5,623 bases of DNA from Octopus sinensis. Its lineage: Eukaryota. The notes under the pieces are model-generated. The model saw only the letters and a list, made by a program, of their open reading frames with translations, did not search any database and was not told the origin of the DNA. Position numbers and translations under genes: made by a program. Location of the stretch: NCBI RefSeq assembly GCF_006345805.1, contig NW_021829970.1:1-5623 (forward strand), read 5' to 3'. Of the stretch, positions 1 through 5,623 are shown in pieces. Numbering within the stretch: the stretch's first letter is position 1; each line of letters opens with the position of its first letter.

Positions 1-160
1 ACAAACATATGGATATATATAAGTAAATAAATATTTATGAAAGAGCAAGCGAGAGAATAAGCGCTCAATATATGAAGTTTGATTTACCTGTTCGGTCGGA
101 ACTGATAAATCCTTTAGCTGCTTCAGCCAACGCGCACAGGCACGCACACATGCACGTGTA

Positions 161-162
161 CA

Positions 163-228
<66 letters not shown>
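161..228 (+). repeat. (CACG)17 perfect microsatellite within a degenerate CA/CACG tract (~132-257)
   Basis: 17 uninterrupted CACG units counted at 161-228, with CA-rich degenerate flanks. Confidence 0.97.
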
Positions 229-230
<2 letters not shown>

Positions 231-372
231 TGCACGCACACGCACGCACACACACACATGAGGATTACAAATAAAAGAACGCTGGAAACATAAGGCCGAG
301 TTTATATTTATTTATTTGGAAACAACCACTTATTGACATCATAGCTACCAAGGGTTTCATACATGTAACTAA

Positions 373-383
373 TATGCAGAAGT
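373..383 (+). repeat. Target-site duplication, left copy (tatgcagaagt)
   Basis: An identical 11-mer lies at 373-383 and 699-709, bracketing the RTE fragment. Confidence 0.88.
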
Positions 384-640
384 CATCATCATCATTGTTC
401 GACCGTGTTACTATATTACGCCAGACTTCACGGTCCATCATAGCATTACGGAGGTCCTGTTGCTCGATGCCTGTATCCCTGGAGATTAAATCAGGGTAGG
501 GGAGTGTGCTCCTTCTGGTATCGCGAGCAGATGGCTTCCAGAGGAGAAGAGTAGAAATTACCTCGTTTTCAGCTCTACAACAATGGACTCTTCTACCTGT
601 CACAACAGGTGACACAGGTGGTAATTTCCAATATATTTGT
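384..640 (-). mobile_element. RTE-clade non-LTR retrotransposon (LINE), 3' end, 5'-truncated, sense-oriented part
   Basis: The minus strand translates QIYWKLPPVSPVVTGRRV-HCCRAENEVISTLLLWKPSARDTRRSTLPYPDLISRDTGIEQQDLRNAMMDREVWRNIV. I recognise this as the post-RT C-terminus of RTE-type ORFs (G-H-x-x-R...LLW.P...DR..WR pattern). It ends in a short trinucleotide tail, (CAT)4 on + at 384-395, as expected for RTE elements. The family call is from recognition, not a search. Confidence 0.85.
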
Positions 641-700
641 CGAGCTCAACCTTTCTCGTGGAAACGGCATCCAATCAAAGTACAAATATATGGGAAATTA
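641..700 (+). mobile_element. Inverted 5' segment of the same RTE insertion
   Basis: The plus strand 641-700 reads RAQPFSWKRHPIKVQIYGKL, the peptide expected immediately upstream of the minus-strand part. Its last 19 nt (682-700, acaaatatatgggaaatta) match the reverse complement of 622-640 (acaaatatattggaaatta) at 18/19 positions. Confidence 0.8.
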
Positions 701-709
701 TGCAGAAGT
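699..709 (+). repeat. Target-site duplication, right copy (tatgcagaagt)
   Basis: Identical to 373-383. Its first 2 nt overlap the end of the inverted segment (microhomology). Confidence 0.88.
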
Positions 710-796
710 AGTAGACAACAACTGACCTCATCAAGCCAGTAGTTCGAGTGATTATCATTATTAAAACCATATCACGCGGCTGAATGTCCCTGAAGT

Positions 797-1009
797 ACTA
801 GGGTGTCAAAGAACTTTTCGACGATTCTCGTTAGAAGCGATGGTTATGAATTTATGTCTATGTGTGGGACTTTTAGGCATCTGCAGATGCCTAAAAATCC
901 CACTCATAAACAAAAACTCATAAAAGTCCCACTGATAGACATAAACTCATAAGAACACCCCCCCCCCGCAAAAAACTCAACTGTTATAACAACACTTTTG
1001 ACCCCTCGT
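797..1009. mobile_element. Possible MITE / non-autonomous DNA transposon enclosing the palindrome
   Basis: The left end actagggtgtcaaa (797-810) aligns with the reverse complement of 997-1009 (acgaggggtcaaa) at 12 positions, with 1 mismatch and 1 gap. The left end is preceded by TA (796-797). No clean TSD is visible on the right. Confidence 0.35.
844..952. repeat. 80-bp loopless imperfect palindrome (844-923) plus a tandem third arm copy (922-952)
   Basis: The perfect 26-bp core ttttaggcatctgcagatgcctaaaa is at 871-896. Arms 844-883 and 884-923 pair at 35/40 positions. The reverse complement of 922-952 matches 844-874 at 28/31. Confidence 0.92.
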
Positions 1010-1410
1010 TCATTGATATTACTGTCTTCATTTTCGCTAGGCAAAACGTGCAATTTCCTGATCCGTTAAAATTAGAAATAGCTTTATCGAAAATGCTCTA
1101 TGGGAGTAGAGGGTCTTCAGATCCATGTTTCCGGTGATTCCGGAAGAATTAGGGCAGAAACACATGGTTTTTCCCCGTTTCATAATCTAAATGAGTGAAG
1201 ATGGTGCTTGTAACAACTTGAAAAGGTTTGTAGAGATTCCCGTGTAATATATTTCTGTACCATTGAAGAGTGATATGGATGCTCGATATATGCAATTACA
1301 TGATATTCCGATGGTATATAAATTTAAAACTTCAAGCTTCTTCCCATTATTGTAGCTTGTCTAACCATTATGGTTGACATCATGAACGATATTAGCTTCA
1401 TTACTGCCAA

Positions 1411-1473
1411 GACGACGACGACAACGACCACCACCACCCCACCACCACCACCACCACCACCATCATCATCACC
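1411..1473 (+). repeat. Compound trinucleotide tract (GAC)n-(CAC)n-(CAT)n
   Basis: Reads gacgacgacgacaacgac-caccaccac...-catcatcatcacc. Confidence 0.9.
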
Positions 1474-1555
1474 TACACACCTGCATCATCCGCATCATTA
1501 TTCTTATAATCTTCTTCATAACTATCACTACAGCTATTAGCACCACTCGTCGTCA

Positions 1556-1730
1556 TCCTCTTCTTCTTCCCCCTTCTCCCATCCTCCTTTCCCCCCTCCC
1601 CTTGCTTCCCCCCTTCCTCCCCTGCACCTTCATTCTCCTCCTCTTCTCCTCTTCTTCCTTATCCTTCCTCCTCTTTTCCTCCTCCCCTCCCCTCCCCTCA
1701 TCTTCTTCTTCCTCCTCCCTCTCCTCTTCC
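1556..1730 (+). repeat. Polypyrimidine low-complexity tract (CCT/CTT-rich)
   Basis: About 175 nt of almost exclusively C and T, with several C-runs of 3-6 nt. Confidence 0.92.
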
Positions 1731-1740
1731 AACTCTTTAA

Positions 1741-2465
1741 TATCACAGAAGTGGTAGATATTAAAGGTACTTTTTAAGCTGATCGTTTGTGTGTTCGAAA
1801 GCTGTAGGTATGTAAGTTTCCTAACTTATTTTATTTTGAGGGAGATTTAAAATATTCACAGGAACTTGTAGATATTCCAGTCTTTGGGAATAGTAGGAGG
1901 AATAGTTGTTCACCTTGTTGAATTTTTGAATTTCTGAATTTCTTTTCTTTCTCTTTTAGAATTTTTCTTTTCATTTTAAAAGTTTTGCTGTGGTTTACAA
2001 TTTTTTCTAGTTGTACAGTATGTATATATTGGCAGATGCTTACCTCCTTAATTTTTATCGTGCATTTAATTGTGTTGTTACAATAAAATGCATGTTTACA
2101 TATTCTGTTAGGGAAAAAGGAAAGATGAAATGTTCACACAAAATTGGAGATATTAAAGTTTCTAAATTTTTTGAGGTGTTCGTTTGTATGTCCGTTCAAA
2201 GAAGGCTGGGGTATTTTTTTTCAATAAAAAGGATGTTTACATTTTCGAATATTCAGTGAGAAAGGGAAGAAAAGAAAAGGAAAGTAAAATTTTTTCACAG
2301 AAAATTGTAGATATTAAGGTTTTAAAATTTACTGGAGATGATCTTTTGTCTGTCCGCACAGAGAAAACTGTAGTGCTCTTGGAACAAAGAGGACGTTTAC
2401 ATTTTTGAATCCTCGGGGGAAAAGAAAAAGATAGGTATTCACAGAAGCTGTAGATATTAAAGAAT
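1741..2465 (+). repeat. Degenerate tandem array of ~113-161-bp units with a TCACAG-N-TGTAGATATT core
   Basis: Core starts at 1743, 1856, 2134, 2295 and 2439, with a possible decayed copy near 2013. A second shared motif occurs at 2081-2105 and 2222-2246 (22/25 identical) and at 2382-2406 (20/25 to the second copy). A third motif, g.tg.tc.tttgt.tgt.cg, follows the cores at 1743, 2134 and 2295. Confidence 0.8.
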
Positions 2466-2664
2466 TAGAAGTCGGCTGGACGTGTTCTTCGCTACTCTGA
2501 CATGTCAGCAGCTGAAGACACAGAAACACTAATACAACACAGCAGGACAACTGAAGAATAACTCTAAAAGACAAGAATATTTACAGTTTCCTGTGAGTAT
2601 TTTGAATTTCCCTCAAAATTAAGTTAAGGAAATAACATATAAGCATAAACGATCAGCTTTAAAA
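1771..2664. repeat. Long imperfect inverted repeat, arms ~1771-1925 and ~2528-2664
   Basis: 1833-1877 matches the reverse complement of 2575-2619 at 39/45. 1771-1788 matches the reverse complement of 2647-2664 at 17/18. Gapped similarity lies between these blocks and extends weakly inward. Confidence 0.85.
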
Positions 2665-2666
2665 TC

Positions 2667-2667
<1 letters not shown>

Positions 2668-2712
<45 letters not shown>
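2668..2712 (+). repeat. (TTA)15 microsatellite
   Basis: 15 perfect TTA units counted. Confidence 0.97.
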
Positions 2713-2713
<1 letters not shown>

Positions 2714-2714
<1 letters not shown>

Positions 2715-3013
2715 ATAGGAAAAACAGCAGCGATGCATAATGATAGGCATCGTAATCACTTCTGACGAAAACGTTGCCCAAGTTGAGTGGGAAAACCACA
2801 ATTCATGAAAAAAATACAAGTATCTTGAAATTGAAATATTCGAGAGATAAGACCTGGGGGTCAAAGAAATTCTAAATGTAACTGAAGCGTTAAGTATAAT
2901 TAAAAAATATGGAAAGAAACATAGAAGTCGTACCAGGGATCACAACATGACATATTATTCAAAACATAGCTCTGCAAAGAACAGCTCACACCATACTCAA
3001 GACAGTGTCGATG
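2714..3013 (+). mobile_element. Decayed fragment of an R4/Dong-like non-LTR retrotransposon, restriction-like endonuclease (RLE) C-terminus
   Basis: The frame from 2734 reads CIMIGIVITSDENVAQVEWENHNS*KKYKYLEIEIFER*DLGVKEILNVTEALSIIKKYGK. After a frameshift near 2918 it reads NIEVVPGITT*HIIQNIALQRTAHTILKTVS. This fits the recalled RLE-LINE pattern C.liD..ipsD.Nv..ke..K..KY..LeiEi...W......iivGalG.ikK.....ipG......iQkiaLlgTahilrk.ls. Three stops and one frameshift indicate a dead copy. The 3' UTR boundary could not be identified. Confidence 0.75.
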
Positions 3014-3310
3014 AGAATATTTCAAATAGAACGTTTTTCGCACTCAGGGCACATAACATGTAACCTACACAATGCGTATCCAATAATCTAAAACATCACA
3101 ACATACGCTTTAAAAATGCCCAACAATATGTCAGAACTCATATTACCCGTAGCATGCACGACAGACCAAACACCGTTATAACAAGAAACAAACTAAATGC
3201 CATAACAAAACAAACTGTTGTGGTACGCCAACGGGAGGAGACTTTAGTCTTCCAATTTCCACGAAAATAAGAACACAATGCTACCTTGCGCCCAGATAAG
3301 AAAGAATGAT

Positions 3311-3486
3311 TAAAGATGGCGGAGTGGCAGAATATCTATCAAAACGCCTAGCAGTGTTATGACTCTATCTGCACCGAAGTCAAATTTATCTTTTATGCTT
3401 TTGGGCCAATAGTATACAGAACCAGTCAAGTACTGGGAACAATTGTTTAGATTAACCCCTCCACCAACATTTCAGTCGTTATCGTG
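3311..3486 (+). mobile_element. tRNA-derived SINE, copy 1 (A box present, B-box region apparently deleted)
   Basis: A Pol III A box TGGCGGAGTGG (TGGCNNAGTGG) is at 3317-3327. The body caccgaagtcaaatttatcttttatgcttttggg...tcaagtactggg aligns with copy 2. It resembles an abundant octopus SINE as I recall it. Confidence 0.6.
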
Positions 3487-3494
3487 TCGTAATT

Positions 3495-3658
3495 GTTTGG
3501 GCTCTTTACGTTCTGAATTCAAATTCCACCCAAGTCACCTTTATCTTTCATCCTTCTGGGGTAAATGAAATAAATTACTACTCAAATACTGGGGTTGATG
3601 TAATCAATTTAAACCTCCTTTAAAAATAGCTGGCATTGTGCCTAAGTATGAAAAAACC
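3495..3658 (+). mobile_element. tRNA-derived SINE, copy 2 (5'-truncated, B box present)
   Basis: ttacgttctgaattcaaattcc contains a B-box-like sequence (~3515-3527). The body cacccaagtcacctttatctttcatccttctgggg...tcaaatactggggttgatgtaatc...gctggcattgtgcc matches copy 1 and the recalled octopus SINE body. It is followed by an A-rich run. Confidence 0.75.
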
Positions 3659-3908
3659 AAAAAAAAACCCCACTCTCTCCAACTCATCACCTCACCCCCT
3701 CACCCCCATACCCCCCTCACCACCAACATCATCATAAACGCTATCGTCGTTAATGATAAATAATAATCATCATCGTCATCAGTCGCCAAAACCTACAGTG
3801 GCATTAAAAAATAATCTTGAAAAAAAAAGCGGCTTAGTTGTTAATCTTTTATAGGAAAGACAAGAATGTCTACATACTATTTGGAAAGAAGCTGGGTGGG
3901 CGAATAAA

Positions 3909-3926
3909 AACAACAACAACAACAAC
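3909..3926 (+). repeat. (AAC)6 microsatellite
   Basis: Direct count. Confidence 0.9.
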
Positions 3927-4120
3927 AATACACATGCAAGATGTTTGCGAGGATCTACAGATAAGGAAAAGAAACGGTGGGAACTAGGGCAGGATTATTA
4001 CACTAAGATAGGTAGATATATTAAATACTAACCCATTCAAGCAGGCTTTATCTAAGCCACAAGACAAACTTCGTTTTCCAATGTGATTTTTTCTTCTGTC
4101 AACTTACCAAGAAACCTGTT

Positions 4121-4134
4121 TATCTATCTGTCTG

Positions 4135-4212
<78 letters not shown>
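4121..4212 (+). repeat. (TATC)n tetranucleotide microsatellite, perfect (TATC)19 at 4137-4212, TGTC variants at the edges
   Basis: Direct count. Confidence 0.97.
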
Positions 4213-4213
<1 letters not shown>

Positions 4214-4285
4214 GTCGATCAATCTACTTATAATTACATATAGATACACATACATACTTGTACATAATCACCTACCAGTCAAATA

Positions 4286-4339
4286 ACACACATACACACA
4301 CACACTAATACACACACACTCGCGTGCACGCACACACAT
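4286..4339 (+). repeat. Degenerate (CA)n tract
   Basis: Interrupted CA runs. Confidence 0.8.
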
Positions 4340-4470
4340 TCACCTGCCTATCAAGTGATCAAGATATCTGCCTCTCTATCCATTTCTTTTCCGTTTGTCT
4401 GTCTTTGGTGTTTCAGCTTTTATCTTCGATACTTCATGTTTCTATATATCTCTTTATCAATTTCTCTGAG

Positions 4471-4473
4471 TCT

Positions 4474-4548
<75 letters not shown>
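4471..4548 (+). repeat. Interrupted (CT)n microsatellite
   Basis: About 78 nt of CT repeats with two interruptions. Confidence 0.96.
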
Positions 4549-4993
4549 TGGCTTCTCTCCATTTGTCTCACCGCTACTTTCACACTTTTTATTCCTACTT
4601 CCATAAATAAAAATCACACACGAATGTGCTCGTATGTATACACACATACACAAAGGTATAACTATTCTGTGAATACGAATATCTTAATCACACAGAAGAG
4701 ATAAATCCATACATTAACATAAGCTTGTATTAGATATGTACGTAATTGCATATACACGCCTCTATATGCATGTGTACTTAAGTGCACGGGCGCGCGTGTG
4801 TGGAGAATTATAGAGATGGGATGGAAGAAACATTGTGGGACCTTAGGTAGGTATGGAGATCAATAGATGGATAAAACTATTGAAAACAATGAAAAAATAA
4901 CTAATATGTGTAAAATCAGTTATAGAAATTAGAGTTTGTTTTTCTTATTTGAATAAACACAACATATGCATCTACTTGGATGCATGCTTGTGC

Positions 4994-5065
4994 ATATGTG
5001 CATGGTGGGGCATGAGTATATGTGCACGGTGGCGCATGAGAATATGTGCACGGTGGCGCATGAGT
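4994..5065 (+). repeat. Minisatellite, 3 x 24 bp (atatgtgcacggtggcgcatgag[t/a])
   Basis: Units at 4994-5017, 5018-5041 and 5042-5065. Units 2 and 3 differ at 1 nt; units 1 and 3 differ at 2 nt. Confidence 0.93.
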
Positions 5066-5164
5066 ATGTCTGTGGCAAAGAAATGCAAGACTGATTTAGT
5101 TTTATTGTATAGGAAGTGATTTACTTCTCGCTCAAATTATTCAAAAACGCTCATATCCCATACG

Positions 5165-5213
5165 AACACGCACACACGCACGCACGCACGCAAACACACA
5201 CACACACACACGT

Positions 5214-5245
<32 letters not shown>

Positions 5246-5296
5246 GTACACAGGCACACACACACGCGCACACATACACACTCTCTCTCTCTCTCT
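5165..5296 (+). repeat. Compound (CACG/CA)n then (CT)n microsatellite
   Basis: An interrupted CA tract runs to ~5280, followed by CT repeats from 5281. Confidence 0.93.
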
Positions 5297-5363
5297 TTTC
5301 TTGTCTATATAATAAAGCTCTTCACTCACTTTCCTAGTACGCATGCATTGATGTATACATGCA

Positions 5364-5367
5364 TCTC

Positions 5368-5413
<46 letters not shown>

Positions 5414-5434
5414 ATCTATCTATCTATCTATCTA

Positions 5435-5479
<45 letters not shown>

Positions 5480-5522
5480 TTATCTATCTATCTCTGTATC
5501 TCTCTCTCTCTATCTATCTATA
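5364..5522 (+). repeat. Compound (CTAT)n-(CTGT)n-(CTAT)n-(CT)n microsatellite
   Basis: Direct reading. Confidence 0.95.
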
Positions 5523-5623
5523 CATATATTTATACACACATACATACATACATACTTACAAACTTACACATACATACATACATACTTACACACACATACA
5601 CCACACGCGCGCGCACACACATA
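5523..5623 (+). repeat. Degenerate (CATA)n/(CA)n tract with a 25-bp direct repeat (5536-5560, 5566-5590)
   Basis: acacatacatacatacatacttaca occurs twice with a 30-bp period. Confidence 0.88.

Noticed and set aside
65-293. ORFs 65-259 (-) and 72-293 (+)
   Set aside because: They are translations of the (CACG)n microsatellite (CVRA/THAR repeats).
265-742. ORFs 265-615 (-) and 506-742 (+) as host genes
   Set aside because: Both are explained by the RTE fragment and its inverted segment, with read-through into flanking DNA.
2011-2408. ORFs 2011-2259 and 2184-2408 sharing 'KI(G/V)DIKV'
   Set aside because: The shared peptide comes from the DNA repeat in different frames. The ORFs are short with low-complexity composition, and I recognise no domain.
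2329-2574. Minus-strand ORF with a signal-peptide-like start (VILQLSCCVVLVFLCLQLLTCQS) and a possible exon at 2563-2443
   Set aside because: It has a TTG rather than ATG start. The hydrophobic stretch lies largely in the T-rich inverted-repeat arm, where L/V/F/C codons are expected by chance, and the donor (GTGAAT) is half of the dyad motif. Spliced RNA-seq reads over 2563-2443 would reopen this.
2593-2600. Strong splice-donor-like GTGAGTAT
   Set aside because: It is the inverted copy of the repeat core (compare 1853-1860). The upstream 148 nt has stops in all three frames.
1741-2600. CRISPR-like reading of the spaced palindromic repeats
   Set aside because: The context is eukaryotic, the repeats are divergent, the spacers are 90-250 bp and homologous to each other, and there are no cas genes.
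2619-2864. ORF with a poly-Asn run
   Set aside because: It is the (TTA)15 microsatellite plus antisense LINE sequence.
2856-2868. ggggtcaaagaa resembling the putative MITE terminus
   Set aside because: It is a short match inside the LINE RLE reading frame with no partner end, so it is probably chance.
3311-3400. tRNA gene
   Set aside because: An A box is present, but there is no cloverleaf and no properly spaced B box. It continues into a SINE body.
3857-3868. 12-mer aaagacaagaat identical to 2568-2579
   Set aside because: It is an isolated A-rich match with no flanking similarity.
4083-5344. ORFs 4083-4286, 4324-4704, 4355-4606, 4420-4653, 5116-5337 and 5141-5344
   Set aside because: They are translations of TATC, CT and CA microsatellites (IYLS, SL, RE, HT and CV repeats).

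Overview
This is non-coding, repeat-dense, AT-rich eukaryotic genomic DNA. The SINE and LINE fragments resemble octopus repeat families as I recall them, so the octopus assignment is an inference and not a database result. I find no supportable host protein-coding gene, tRNA/rRNA gene or CRISPR array. The ORF track consists of microsatellite or low-complexity artefacts, apart from the RTE remnant. Contents: (1) a ~315-bp 5'-truncated RTE-clade LINE with an 11-bp target-site duplication and an inverted 5' segment (384-700); (2) an 80-bp loopless palindrome with a third arm copy, inside a possible MITE (797-1009); (3) a ~925-bp block (1741-2665) of degenerate 113-161-bp units sharing a dyad-symmetric core, enclosed by a long imperfect inverted repeat; (4) a decayed restriction-like endonuclease C-terminus of an R4/Dong-type LINE next to (TTA)15; (5) two degenerate tRNA-derived SINE copies; (6) many microsatellites and a 3x24-bp minisatellite. 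The twin-priming-like RTE insertion and the 1741-2665 block most merit follow-up. Neither is a demonstrated new biological system.
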